Counted from the stretch's first letter, positions 39,501 to 53,404 are shown. The stretch: 64,000 nt of DNA from Octopus vulgaris (GCA_951406725.2 OX597820.1:36332001-36396000), one strand, 5' to 3'. Translations and numbers: made by a program. The notes: a model not told the origin generated them from the letters alone.

Positions 39501-40073
39501 AGTGGATGCACTGTATTCATCATCATCATCATTTAACATCTGTTTTCCATACTGGCAAGGGCTGATCAGTTTGACTGGAGATGACCAGACAATTGGAACC
39601 CATTTGTCTATTTTGGCTTGGTTTCTATGGCTAGATGCCCTTCCTAACACCAAACACTTGACAGAGTGTACTGGATGCATTTTATGTGGCACTGGCATGA
39701 GTGTTTTTACATGGAACCTGCACAGGTGCCTTTTACATGGTACCAAAACAGTTTTATGTGGTGGTGCTTTTTACCTGAAGAATGAGGGGAATGTTTTTTA
39801 TTTTTTTTTTAGGATACATTCCAGTAAGGAGGAAGAAATTCAAAAGTTTGGTGAGTAAAGGGTTTAGCTGTGAAGGCATTAATGTTGGTTATGTGGGATA
39901 CCCATAAGGAGTTGTGAATAGTGAAGATATTGAGGATAATAACTTCAGACAGAAGCAAGATGTAGGTCCTCAATGTAGGAGAAAATATAGCTGAAGAGTT
40001 GCTGGTTATTGCAGGTTTTTGAGGTGTCATAGAGAATATTATACTATCTAGATGTTCCTGAAGCAGTTATACA

Positions 40074-40452
40074 TCTATCATAATAAATGCAAAATTCTGT
40101 CTGTCCATCCATCCTGGACCCTCATATCCAGGCTACATTTGCTCTACATAAACATATTATACCTTTTTGGAATCAGGATTATCCCAGGATTGAAATTCTG
40201 CCCTTCATTTGGTTCTTGGCCATACAGCATTGGGATCAAGTCTGGATGAGGATTTGTTACATGCCAGCAGTTGAAAATTCAAATTTTAAAAGAACTCCAA
40301 AAATTTGTGAACTTAAAAGTTTTCCATTTAAACTGAATTTAAAGTAATACCATATTGGCAGGGTGCCAATAAATGCTTTATTATAATTGCTCTGTTTAGT
40401 TTGGGGTTGCAGACCCAAGTAGCCCTTTACAGGAGTGTGGCTTTTAAGCTAG
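40074..40452 (+). mobile_element. Short non-autonomous Helitron
   Basis: The 5' end A|TCTATCATAATAAATGCAAAATTCTGTCTG resembles that of 4924. A weak hairpin agcc...ggct precedes CTAG|T at 40449-40452. Confidence 0.5.
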
Positions 40453-41763
40453 TATCCTTTCAAATAAATCCTACATTATACAAGATCAAATACATCGATC
40501 TATAATCCAATAAATCCTTGAATAGTATTATTTCAGACATGATCAAGGATGCATGTGTGTGTAGCTGTGGTACTATTGCCACAGATGTGGGGAAGAACCA
40601 CACTGTGTGTCTCACCTAAACTATGCAGAGGATTAGTGATTGTTAGAAATATTTTCTGATCCAGAAGATGGTCAATCTTTATAATGGAGTCTTTGCTTTA
40701 TTAACGATGTGTTTGCCAGAAGAGATCCATAGTGGTGATGATATCTAGTACTTGCAATGACCTTGAGGGTTCTAGTAGGGTACTTTTCATGTCTAAGGGG
40801 AGGCAGGATGTGATGTTTTTATGATATGTGAAGTGAAGAAGGGAAGATTGGCAAGATACTTTTGGAGGTGGTTTTGGGGGATCTGTTCATGGAGTCAGAT
40901 TTTGAGAAAAGTTGTCTAAATTACATATGGATGAAATTTGAAATGTAGGTTAGGGATGTATCAGAGGTGATATCATCTATGTAGGAGTGACATGGATGGA
41001 GGTGATAGCAAGTAAGTTGTTGGTATATAGGAGAAAGTATGTACAAAAAAACGGAACCTTGTCAAACACTAGAGTTGGTAGAGTGTGGGTCAGAAAAAGT
41101 CCCAACAGGACACACCATGATAATGTAATCTGACAGGATGCTACTAATCCAAGAGATGGAAGATGATAGAGCCCAGGGTCAGGTAATTTTGACTGAAAAT
41201 TTGCTGGTTAGACACAATCAAATGCTTTATTAATATTGAGTAACAACTTAAGGCAGCAAGCTACAGAATCATTAGCAAACCACAAAAAATGTTTTGCGGG
41301 ATTTCATCCATCTTTATATTTTGAGCTTAAATTCCACCAAGATCAGCTTTGCCTTTCATCCTTTCAGAGTCAATAAAATAAGTACCAGTTGATGACTGGG
41401 GTCATGTAAATGGTTTAGCCATCCTCTGAACTTGCTGGCCTTGTGCCAAAATTTGAAACCAATATTGAGTGACAATACTGCTTTCACTAAATTTTTTGAG
41501 GGAAAAAGTCCACTAGTGAGTGGCGTAAAACAGCAAATGTCCAGTAGATCTGACTTTATGAAAGATGTACAGGGGAAGGAGGGGAAGAGAGAATCAAGGC
41601 ATTGAAGAAAGCCATTGTTAATAACTATTTCCATCATCTTTGAAATAGTGAAAGTGAAATAGGATGGTAGTTGGTAGGGTGAGAAGGGTTACCCTTTTCT
41701 TGAGAATAGGGTACCCTGCAGTTTGTTTCCAAAGACTGGAATATATTCAGAGAGAGGGGGCCA

Positions 41764-41799
<36 letters not shown>

Positions 41800-42359
41800 C
41801 ATTTGACAAGGAAAGTTGAGTTCTGGGGCATATTATTTAAAGGTAATATTCCCAATGGGTCAGATGTAAGGACATGTGCTGTTGATGATAAACCAGCTGA
41901 CTTGAAGTGCTATAGAGCCCTGAAAATGGGTGGGAGCATTGCATAAGCAGATGTGTGATGAGCAACCACTATAAGGTCTCAACCTGTGAATTACAGAAAC
42001 AGCAATAATTTAGCAGAAGCTGAGTCTGAATGTAAGAAAGATATCAAGTGTTTGAATTGTTTGTGTGTCACTCATGGATGCATGCAGGGAATGAAACTAT
42101 ATGAAGAACATTGGAATCTGTTGAGATTCTTGATAAACCAAATTTAGTCTTCTTGTACACAAAAAATGAATGTTGTCATTACTACGAACAACAAAACACC
42201 AAGAGAGTTTTGAATGTTATTGTTCTTGGTGCTGTTGTAGCAGCAGATAAAGTGTTGTTAGTTGCTTGCTGACCACTGACTTCCAATGTTGTTCATCCTC
42301 CAGCTGTGTATTGCCTTTATGTTGTCAGCTGCTGTCCACTGTCTCTGTTGACCAACTCT

Positions 42360-42960
42360 ATCACCATCATCGTCATCATTTAGCACCCATTTTCTATGCT
42401 ATAATGGGTAAGATAGTTGCTGGTAAGCTGGAGAGCTGCACCAAGCCCCAGTCCATTTTGGCTTGGCTTCTACACTTAGATGCCCTTCCTAATGCCTACC
42501 TCCCCATAGAGTGTACTGGGTGTCTTTTACATGGGCACCTTTTACATGACACCAGCATGGATGCCTTTTAAATGTCACTGGCATGAATGTCAGTGGTACA
42601 GGTGCCTTTCACATGTCACCAACACTGGCCACGACTATAATTTCACTTAGCTTGATATATCTTCTCAAGCACAGCAAATCACCAAAAGTCTCAGTCACTT
42701 GCCATCACCTCCATGAGACTCAACATCTGAAGATCATATTTCACATCCCACATCTTTCTGGGTCTAACTCTTCCACGGGTTCCTTCCACAGTTAGAGATC
42801 GGTACTTCTTTATGCAGCTGTCATCTATGCACATCACATGACCATACCAGTGTAGTCTTCTCTCTTGCACACTATATCTGATGCCTTTTATACCCAATAT
42901 TTCTCTTAAGATGCTTACACTCTGTCATACAAGCACACTGACATTGCATATCCAGCAGAG
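42360..42960 (-). mobile_element. RTE LINE 3' portion
   Basis: ORF 42691-42897 GIKGIRYSVQERRLHWYGHV...VEGTRGRVRPRKMW plus the RTE tail. Confidence 0.8.
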
Positions 42961-43512
42961 TTTCAACTACTATCATTAGAGTTATCTTCCTTTCTAAAGG
43001 GAGGTTTATCTATTAATTGAATGCATAACTTCAGATGATTGACATTTTTCAACTCCCAATATACGTGAGACCCTACCATAAATGTATTTAGTATTCTGAA
43101 CCCTCCCATAAGATGTTTTCCTCAGTCATATTGTTGAGGCATAACTTTTCTCAACAAATGATCATAGCTTTGTTAGTGAAGCATACACCATATATGCCAA
43201 CATACAAGTTGATGTAGTACACATATTTTCAGGTATATTTTTCAGTCAAAATATCAATGTTTAAGTCTATACTCATCATATAAGTCAACCCGCTTTCTCC
43301 CAAATAATCAATCTGCCCAAGATTTTTCTATGCAGCTATTGAGAAATCAGGACATCATCAGGATTAGAATGGATTGGATCATCAGAGCTTGCACAAGGAA
43401 TGACAAATGGCAGATTTCGCAACAGGATGAAAAAAAGACATAATGGGGAAAATAGTTTCCATTTGAAATAATGTTTAATCATTTAATTTTTGATATTTGC
43501 CTTTATTTATGA

Positions 43513-44166
43513 CTAGCAGTATAGCCCAGCATTGCTCGGGCTTGTTTTCTTTTCGCCCTTTTAGAATTGGGATTTTTGAAAAGTAAAAATTTTGCATTAT
43601 GTAGCTTGTTATTCTCTTTAAGTGAACATTTTTCTGGTTGAAATACACCGAAAAATGGTGCCACAGCAGTAAAAAAATCGTTAAAAATAGGGATTTTCAG
43701 AGAAAAAAGCACCTTTTTGATGTAAATAATTTTTGGTGTTAACATGGTCCGATTTGAATTTTTTCTTCTACGGAAGGAAGAGCAAGCCTTCTTCTATCAT
43801 ACTCTCAATTTTTGTCAACTTGCGCCACAGGGTCTCAGAGGAGATAGCGTTAGTTGAAGGCTACCAAACCTGCCATACACAGACAACTTCAGCTGAAGCA
43901 TGGAACAAACTGCCAGCATCAGTTGTTAGTTGTCGGAGCACTGCATCCTTCAAAACTTCCATGCTTTCTGAGATTTGCCAACACTACACCTGATTTTCTC
44001 CCCTCCACACACACACACAAGCATGTATCTGACTCATACATTGTTCGCTTTCCAGACATTTGTACATTACTGCATATACTTTATATGCACTTTCTGACAA
44101 GTTGTGGTGCACCTGAGCACTGTATACAAAAATTTCATTATTATTATTATTATATAGAGAGAGAGA
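43513..44166 (-). mobile_element. Non-autonomous Helitron containing a CR1-type LINE 3' tail
   Basis: Minus-strand 3' end gcccgagcaatgctgggc hairpin + atactgCTAG|T; 5' end A|TCTCTC...TATATAATAAT near 44166. Internal plus-strand 43890-44150 encodes AWNKLPASVVSCRSTASFK and ends in (ATT)n. Confidence 0.65.
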
Positions 44167-44942
44167 TTACAATCACACATCAATATGAAAACAAAGTATG
44201 TATAAAGAGAATTAACAGGTAACTAAAATTTTTGTTATATGCTGTCAAAATGGCCCTGAATTGTGTACATTCAGACATCGTCACTATCTTTCCAAATTCT
44301 GCTGCATTTCACATGGAATTTTTTGGTTCTCAAAAGTTGTCTTGGTGCAGAAGTAGACCTACCATTTTTGATTGTAAATTTTATTCTGAAAAATTCAACT
44401 TGTGCGCTGAAAAATACAATAATTGGTTTAGTCAATGTTCAGGTTTTGCTTATATGCAATCTATCATCTACAGCAAAACAATGTCGCCTTCTGAATGTTT
44501 GAACACTGAATGTAACAGCTTGTAACTAAATACTGAAAGGTGTTTTGTCTGACACTGTACACCATTCTATATGTGCAATATCAGTCATCTACATATATAG
44601 GAATCAATATTCATCTGTCTTGTAGCAACATTAGCATTTCTCAATGAATGTTTTCCAAACTTTGCACTCAAATCTAAAATCATTCTGTAATAATGCATGG
44701 AAAACAAAACAATTCATCGAGTCTGAGTTTCCTGAACATAAATCAAAGAGGATTCAAGAATTGTGGTGGCTTAAGACTAATAGTTGTAATGGAGTGATTA
44801 CCTCTCTTTTTTCTCTCTAACTTAGACTAATTCTTTCTTTCTCATACATACAGAACACATGCAATACAAAATGACATACAATAAACTTACACACTTTTTT
44901 TACCCCACCTTCCTCTTAAACAATGCTCTATATACAGAAAAT

Positions 44943-45758
44943 ATTGGTTTCAAATTTTGGCCCAAGGCCAGCAACTTCTAGGGAGGGTTAAGTTGACTAC
45001 ACTGACCCCAGTACTCAACTGGTGCTTATTTTATTGACCCCAAAAGAATGAAAGACAAAGCTGACTTCAGCGAAATTTGAATTCAGAATATAAAGACAGA
45101 TGAAATACTTATTTCTTTACTAAACACAGAGGGAACAAACAAGCACAGACAAACGGATTAAGTTGATTATATCGACCCCTGTGCGTAACTGGTACTTATT
45201 TAATCGACCCCAAAGGATGAAAGGCAAATTCGACCTCGGTGGAATTTGAACTCAGAATGTAGCGACAGACGAAATACTGCTAAGCATTTCGCCTGGCGTG
45301 CTAACATTTCTGCCAGCTCGCCACCTTAGACAGATGAAATACCTATTTCTTTACTACCCACAAGGGGCTAAACACAGAGGGGACAAACAAGGACAGACAA
45401 ACGGATTAAATCAATTACATTGACCCCAGTGTGTAACTGGTACTTAATTTATCAGCCCCGAAAGGATGAAAGGCAAAGCCGACCTTGGCGGAATTTGAAC
45501 TCACAACGTAAAGGCAGATAAAATACCTATTTCTTTATTACCCACAAGGGGCTAAACACAGAGGGGACAAACAAGGACAGACATAGGTATTAAGTCGACT
45601 ACATCGACCCCAGCGCGTAACTGGTACTTAATTTATCGACCCCGAAAGGATGAAAGGCAAAGTCGACCTCGGCGGAATTTGAACTCACAACGTAACGCAG
45701 ACAAAATACCGCTAGGCATTTCATCCGGCGTGCTAACGATTCTGCCAGCTCACCGCCT
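44943..45758 (-). mobile_element. Nested array of four family-B SINE copies
   Basis: Four cores joined at gaaatac|(c/t)tatttcttt. The copy at 45109-45327 is flanked by a 15-bp direct repeat agacagatgaaatac (45094-45108, 45328-45342). Confidence 0.9.
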
Positions 45759-48700
45759 ACACAGAAAATATTGAATTGGTGAAATTCTTAAAATTCTTAA
45801 TCTTAAAATCATATCTTCAAAAAGTCAGTGTGTAGTTTCAAATACTATGGAAGGTAGAACATAATTTAATCTTTTATTGCTATACATCTAAATTTGTTTT
45901 ATTTATAAAATATTCAGATCTTATGCTCTATGAATTAGACTGTTAATTTTTTTAATGTTTATAAAGTATACTAAAGTGTTACTCATGAAATGACTGGTGA
46001 CTATAGAAATATACTTTTACCACTATGGATTATTTTACAAAAGTTGCGTTATTATTACTATATAGTGGTGAGCTGACAGAATTGTTAGCATGCCAGGCAA
46101 AATGCCTTTCATCCTTTTGGGGGCCAATAAATTAAGTATCAGTCAAGTACTGGGGTTGATGTGATCGACTTTCCCCCTCCACGAAAATTTCAGACTTTGT
46201 GCCTATAGTAGAAATGATTCCATGCTAACCGTCCAACCCATGCTAGCATGGAAAATGGACGCTAAATGATGATGATGATGATGATGTATACAATATTTTC
46301 TGACAGAACTCATTATGGCAAAAGTGTGTTGTCTGAGTGTGTGTTATGTTGAAACAATGTTGCTGGAAAGGATTATTGGTTAATTTGAAGATTATGTAAT
46401 AATAATTTAATAACACCAAGCAAACATTTAAACATGATTTATTATTACTGTAAGAGTCATATAAAGTTGGTCATGCATTGCAAATAAACATGTAAAGTCA
46501 GCAAGATGAAAGAAATATAATAATGCAACATGCAAAGTGGCAGGATATCAAAATAACCACTGGGGTTGAATTAAACGCAAGAAATGTATGTGTGTGTGTG
46601 TGTGTGCACTTCACTTCTGCTATCATCATCATTTAGCATCCGCTCTCCATGCTAGCATGGGTTGGACGGTTCAACTGGGGTCTGGGAAGCCAGAAGGCTG
46701 AACCAGGCCCAGTCTGATCTGGCAATGTTTCTATGGCTGGATGCCCTTCCTAACGCCAACCACTCATAAGTTGTATATTGATTTAAGCATGTGGTCATTA
46801 AAATGACAAAAATTGTGTATTTTGTACCATGGCCACGGACATACTGGAGCTTGGTAAGAGTGGTTACAACATTCTGGCCTAATGTCTACAATCTACAACA
46901 CTCTACCAAATGGTTTTAAAAATCAACTCTATTTATAATCATTGGAGGTAAAAGTTCCAGGGCCTTCCATAATCTTTCATGTGATGTCTGGCTTCAGATT
47001 AGACAATAACTTTGCTGCACATATGATCAAGCTGTTGGTATATTGTGACTTGAAATCCACAATGTGGCAATGCAAGTTTGCATCCTGCTACAAGTGTTTT
47101 AATATTATTGTGGCAGTTGTAGTGATAAATCCATTTGGAACAGTTTGCTATAAATTGTACTGGTAGCAAATACTCTAGTGATTAATGCTAAGAAAATTTA
47201 CTCTGCTAATAAGCAGCTTACTTGAAAGTCATCTAAGGAAAATATTCAACACAATATAAACTATTGCAGAATCTTTTTCAGCAACAGCCAACCACTGAGT
47301 CATTTACTCCTCATACTCTCTTTCAATGATTCTTTGTGTGTGTAAGTAATGTTCCTTTACTTATTGCTTGCCACCAAGCCTAGTATGTGCACTCATCCTG
47401 CATCTCTTATGTTAGCTCACTCTTTATCTCTCTTTTACTCTCTATATGATGCAAAATATGACTGGAAAATCAACCAACCAACTAATCAACTAACAAACCA
47501 ACCAACCAACCAACATTTATCATTATATGGAGAAAATGTATATGAAACACAACCCCAACTTTCAGAAGACCACATGTGATTCTATAGACTTTGTGCAAAA
47601 AGAAGGATGGATGCTAACTCTTAAAGTCAGAGAAAAGATTTACTCTTCAGCTGGTTCTCTTTTGCTCCACTTCGTAAAAAGCCAAATTTAAGCACTAAGT
47701 CTTGGATAGGTTGTGTTTTAAAAGAAAATGTTACTTTTGTATGTTATTTTGTTTAGCTCCAGGTCAACCTAGATTGAGCAAATCTATGATCAAAGGACTT
47801 TTACATCTGAGTATTCTGTGGGGGAGGGGTTCTAGATATATCTTAGACTACATTATTACCATCATCATTATTAAAGGCCCATGTTTCAAGCTAGCACGAG
47901 TTGGATGGTTTGACAGTCTAAGGACTGCATCATACCCCAGTTTCTGCTTTGGCATGGTTCGTATGGCCAAATACCCTTCATGACACCAACCACTTTACAA
48001 AATATACTGTGTGCTTTTTTTATGGCATCAACACTAATGGAGTTGCAATATTGCTTGCAATACTATGAACCCCTAAGGAAGTTGTTTTATATAAGGAGAT
48101 GGGGGGTTAAAGTATGAAAGAAAAGGTAGAGTAGAACAGATTTCTTGCTGTTGAGGAGCAGCATAACCACCTACATTTTAGAAGAGAGGGTGGGAGTAAT
48201 CAGGTGGAGCAATAACCAATATATCCTACTATGTTTTAATGTGTTATGAAAGGGAGGTTGGACTGCTTACAGCAGGTCAAGTCCCCTTATTGACTTTAGG
48301 TATATTTGAATGTGTTTGTGATTAATATAGACCAGAGGTTCTCTATTTATTTGTAGCTTAGTAAGTAGAATTTTAAGACAATCCCACCACTCAATAAGAA
48401 AATGCCAACACTTTCTTTTCAGTTTATTCATGGCCATCCTATATTTAGTCACAGGAAATCAATACTTAATAATTGTTTCTAATTTAAGTATAAGGCTAAG
48501 GCAGTGAGCTGGCAGAATCATTAGCACACCAGACAAAATGTTTAGCAGCATTTCGTCTGTCTTTACATTCTGTGTTCAAACACTCCAGGGTCAGCTTTGC
48601 CTTTCATCCTTTCGGAGTTAATAAATTAAGTACCAGTTCAGCACTGGGGTCAATGGAATCAACTTGCCCCTCCCAGAAATTGTTGGCCTTGAGCCAAAAT

Positions 48701-49679
48701 TTGAAACCAGTTTATGTATAAAGCTAGCATTTTTAAGGGGATGGGATTAGTTGATTACATCATCTCCAATACTTAACTGCTACTTTGTTTTATTCATCCT
48801 CAAAAGGATAGCAGGTAAATTTGCTCTGAATTCAAATCCTAGGGAGGTCAAATTTAAAGTGTCAGACATGGCGGGACAAATACAGCAAAGTGATTTAATT
48901 TATAACACTTCATAATTTTTGGGGTTTTTTTGCACAAGTCCAGCTGTTTTGAGGGAAGGAGACAAAAGCAGAAAATGTTTGTCTGAGCCCTTTTTTGTTA
49001 ATAAATAGCATGAGGATTTTTTATTTTAATTCAGAGGCAAGACTTTGTTTTCAGGAACCTATGCCACAATATTTTTGTTGGTGTTGAAGCACATGTAACC
49101 AAGTTTGACTGAGGTGAAAAGACAGCATTCTTTGTCATGTATTAATGATTTGCTGCATAATTTTATTTAGCGGAAGAATAGTGTTGCTGTTAATTGAAAG
49201 CTCATTCCTAGTATTATTCCCGCCATTTTATATGCAACACATGAGAAGCAAGAATTTGTATTAAGAGACATCTCCTTCCAGCAATAAACTCAGAATGTAA
49301 AGTCTGAAGAAAGGTTGCTAAGCATTTTTCCTGGCATAGTAACAATTCTGCTAGCTCACTGCCTTATATGTAAGAATAATATTGATAAAAGAATTCTAAA
49401 ATTTGAAACAATAAAACAAAACGTTTTATATCTTTTGTTTCAATTTCAATAAATAAAATCCTTTGAAAAAGAAGGATGCTTACTAATTTAAATTTTAAAA
49501 TAAATTAGAAATATTGGATTTTAGTACATCATGTCATTTATTTCACTCACTGATAATACAATATATATGGCATAACAGAATGTATAATTCAATGCAGATA
49601 TATATTTTACATAATAAAAAAAAAAGTAAAATATTTTAATGCAGCACTTAGTGCCTTAATTGCTTGCACACCACAAGGT

Positions 49680-49908
49680 TCAAAGGAAGCTACAGAAGCA
49701 AGCCAACACACTCGCGGCATTACCATGGGCGATGGCGTGGTTAAGGTGTTGGAAAAGCCAAGTAGAGTCACAGGCATCAACTGACAACTCGGTAAGGCGA
49801 GCTGTCAAAGACGACAAGAACTTCGCCGTTAGCGACGAACCCTCTAAACGTCTCAAAAGTTACAGGCTGGAAGAGGTAGTTCACTGTCAGGTCTCGATAT
49901 TTCAGGGA
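49680..49908 (-). mobile_element. CRE/NeSL-like non-LTR retrotransposon C-terminal (restriction-like endonuclease) fragment
   Basis: With one frameshift it reads KYRDLTVNYLFQPVTFET..GSSLTAKFLSSLTARLTELSVDACDSTWLFQHLNHAIAHGNAASVLAC*, matching the KY..L...Y.F.P..ET.G and WLFQRLS.A..RGNAASV end motifs. Confidence 0.7.
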
Positions 49909-50187
49909 CACAGTATAACACAATACACTACTCAAATTCTGGTATTGACAAAGATTTTCCTTGAAAATGAGTTAGAAATATTAATAATGCACTTGATTTC
50001 AAATATTTTAAATGCACCTCCACCACAACTAACACCAAACTCGCAGCATTGCTCCAGCTTTGACATATGCTGCCACCTCGTGAGTTTACAACGGTCTCAA
50101 AGGGGCGCAACTGTGAAGAAGTACAAGGCGAAGCGATACAAGGGAGGTAAGTACGTTTCACCTTCACACTTAGGTCGTGGATACACG

Positions 50188-50204
50188 ATGGCGGTTTTTC
50201 TTCG
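50188..50204 (+). CDS. MRPL55: Mitochondrial ribosomal protein L55 (mL55/bL31m), coding exon 1
   Basis: acgATGGCG start, MAVFL(R), donor CG|GTAAGT; phase 2 matches exon 2; lies in a CpG-richer promoter-like region. Confidence 0.8.
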
Positions 50205-52279
50205 GTAAGTTCGTGTGTATTTTGTTAATTAAAGAATAATATTTTGGTATATAAGCATTAAATCTCAGCGATTTGTTTTTCAGCCTTCTATTCTGCTGCT
50301 TACAGTAGTGAGGAAATTTGGGTAATTGTTGTGATTGCGTAAAAGCACTGTATACAATAATTTCATTATTATTATATATTCCTGAAGATCGTCGGAGTTT
50401 CGGAATAGCTACTTTATGGGAAAGAAAAAGGGCAATTTTTGTGGAAAAAATTCTTTCAGAATCATAATCCCCGTTTTACGAAACACAGGAATACTAAAAA
50501 CTAAAGAGGGAAAAATCACTTAATTCCTTGACCCTTTCCTTCCACATGAGGTAAGGATAGCTGTTCCGAATCACCAAGAAAATATAACAAGGTTTGACAC
50601 AAATGAAGGTTGCCGATGTATTTTATATAAGTTGTGAGTGACATTATTGCAGACATATTTTTGACACAAAAGTGTTTTATTACACCGGAGTGTAATCTAT
50701 CACTTAGGTTTTGTGAAAGTATAGCAGCTGGAAATGTTCTTGTAAAAGCATGAACGGCACAAATCTTTCATCTTCGACAAGTATAACACCTACACGCCGC
50801 CGCGACGACTCATGTATATATATATATAGACTGAACATTCACCGAATACTAAAAGCTGATCTTAGGAAAGTCCGTTTTATATGTCGATCTTCAGATCAAC
50901 ATATAGAGGATGATATAAACTACGTTGAATTTCTTATCCGTCCGTAAATTCTTTGGATATTCTTTATAAATGAGTAAAACCTTGCTCGAGAGGTCATCAC
51001 AGTGGAGCATCATGGATTGAATCCGATGGCGTTTACGATTTTATGATTGGATTTGCTTGTTTCACCTGTGTAAAATGGCCTTTTCTTATATATATTTTTC
51101 TTTAATGGAGAGTCTTTGGAGATTAAGTAGCGGAGGTGGGGTCGTTATAGCTAACTATTGTAGGAAAAGCACGAGCAGGTAGGGAATTCTTGAGGATTGG
51201 CATCTGGATAGAAAGAACTGAGAAAACCGATTAATGCACAGGACCTGGAAGAAAAGCAGGCTCAATGTAGGTTCACATGAGGAGGGAGGCAGGTGGGCCT
51301 TACTGAAAGTGGCACATGACAAGCAAAGGCCATTGTCAAAACAGTAGAAAAGATTTCTTAAGGTAAATCCACGCCACACATTATAAGGGAGTGGAATATA
51401 ATCAGCTAATATTGTCACAGGACATAACTGATACTTATTGCATTGTTCATTCAGATGGAGGCACATGGCTCAATGGTTAGAGCATCAGGTCCATAATCAT
51501 GAGGTAGTGAGTTTGATTCCCAAGCTGGGCTGTGTGTTGTGTTCTTGAGCAAGACACTTTATTTCACATTGCTCCAGTTGTGGTGAGGCGAGGTTGGTAT
51601 GCATATGCAGCTGCTGGTCTTCCATAAACAACCTTGCCTGAACTTGTGATTCTGAGGGGAACTTTCTAGGTGCAATACAATGGTCATTCATGACCGAAGA
51701 GGATTTTTACCCATTTAGATGGAAGGCTGTTGAGCAAAGTCAATCCCAGCAAGATTTGAACTCAAAATGTAAAGGAATGCATTACAGCAGACAAAGGTTT
51801 TAAGTCAATTTCATCGACCCCAGTGCGTAACTGGTACTTATTTAATTGACCCCAAAAGAATGAAAGGCAAAGTCAACCTCAGTGCAGTTTGAACTTAGAA
51901 CATAATGGCAGATGAAATATCACTAAGCATTTCGCCTGCCATGGTGATGATTCTGCCAGCTCAACGCCCTAATGCAGTTAAATTTAGCTACAAACAGAGT
52001 AATCTATGCACAATCGTTTCTGTTTCATGTGCATATACTGATTAAGTTCCAGCTTGACACCTCCACACACATCAGCATATATTTGCTATTTCTATGGTCA
52101 AGTGTGCAGGAATGTGTTATATATAGATGTACACATCATTATTATATCAAATTTCTTTATTCTTTTTTGACATCATTTAAATATAAATGAAAATCATTGC
52201 AACAAATCACTAAATTCAGAGACAATGGGAAATATTTTCAGCACTTTAACAATTGTCAAACCACTTCACTTAATAATAA

Positions 52280-53050
52280 TTTGTTCTAATTCTGGCACAA
52301 GGCCAATTTTGAAGTGCAGGGCAAGTTAATTATATTGATCTCAGTACTTGACTGGTACTTACATCATTGATCCCCAGAAAGATGGAAAGTAAAGTTGACC
52401 ATAGCAGAATTTGAACACAGAACTTCAAGCTAGAAAAAACACTGCTAAAAATTTTGTCTGACACAGTAATGGTTCTACTAGTTCATTATCTTAGTAATAA
52501 TAATAATAATAATCCTTTCTACTACAGGCACAAGGCCTGAAATTTGGAGGGAGAGGGCAGTTGATTAGATTGACCTAGTATGCAACTGGTACTTGATTTA
52601 TCGACACCCCCTTCCCACCCCCATAAAAGGATGAAAAGCAAAATCAACCTCGGCAGAATTTGAACTCAGAACATAAAGACAGACAAAATACTGCTAAGCA
52701 TTTCGCCTGGAGTGCTAATGATTCTGCCAACTCACCACATTAGTAATAATAATAATAATAATAATTCTTTCTAATGTTGGCACAAGGCTAGCAATTTTTA
52801 GGGGAAGGGAGTTAGTCAATTACATCAATCCCAGTACTTGTCTAGTACTTATTTCATCAACACTGAAAGGATGAAAGAACAAATTGATCTTGTCCGAATT
52901 AGAGCTCAAAATGTTAAGAGTGGGGGAAAATGCTTGTAAGTATTTTTCCCAATGCACTGATTTGGGCTCAAGCCCAGCAATTTTTAGCAAGAGGTGGTTA
53001 GTTGAATAAATTGACCCCAGTACTTGACCAGTATTTTATTTTACTTATCC
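52280..53050 (-). mobile_element. Cluster of family-B SINE copies with (AAT)n spacers in MRPL55 intron 1
   Basis: Repeated ggcacaaggcc...gacc(c)cagtacttgactggtactt...aaggatgaaa.gcaaa cores. Confidence 0.75.
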
Positions 53051-53216
53051 CAGCATATGAAATGGTGATGTCGGTTAGAACCAGATTTAATTTTATTCAG
53101 CATGTAAAGGGACATAATTACATGATTTGAAGGAATGATGTAATTTTTGGTCCAAACCCATAACCATACTTAATTTTTCTTTCTGATATTTTTCTCATTT
53201 TATTTTTCATATATAT

Positions 53217-53404
53217 ATTAATCAAAGGACATACTAAGTACGTCTACCTGCTGCAAATAACAATAAAAACTCTTAGATCACCTAAATACACTGATAATAA
53301 CTACAGAAATCTATAGTTGCTATCAGTGTGTTTTGGTAATTTAAATAAGAGTTTTGACTGTTATTTCCAGCAGGTAGACATACTTAGTATGTCTTTTGAT
53401 TAAT
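53217..53404. repeat. ~90-bp-arm palindrome (MITE-like, TTAA ends)
   Basis: ttaatcaaaggacatactaagtacgtctacctgctgcaaataaca... versus ...tgttatttccagcaggtagacatacttagtatgtcttttgattaa. Confidence 0.85.

Noticed and set aside
49660-50208. 182-aa plus-strand ORF ending in MAVFLR
   Set aside because: Non-ATG start, mostly antisense to a CRE-like fragment; only the last 17 coding nt belong to MRPL55 exon 1.
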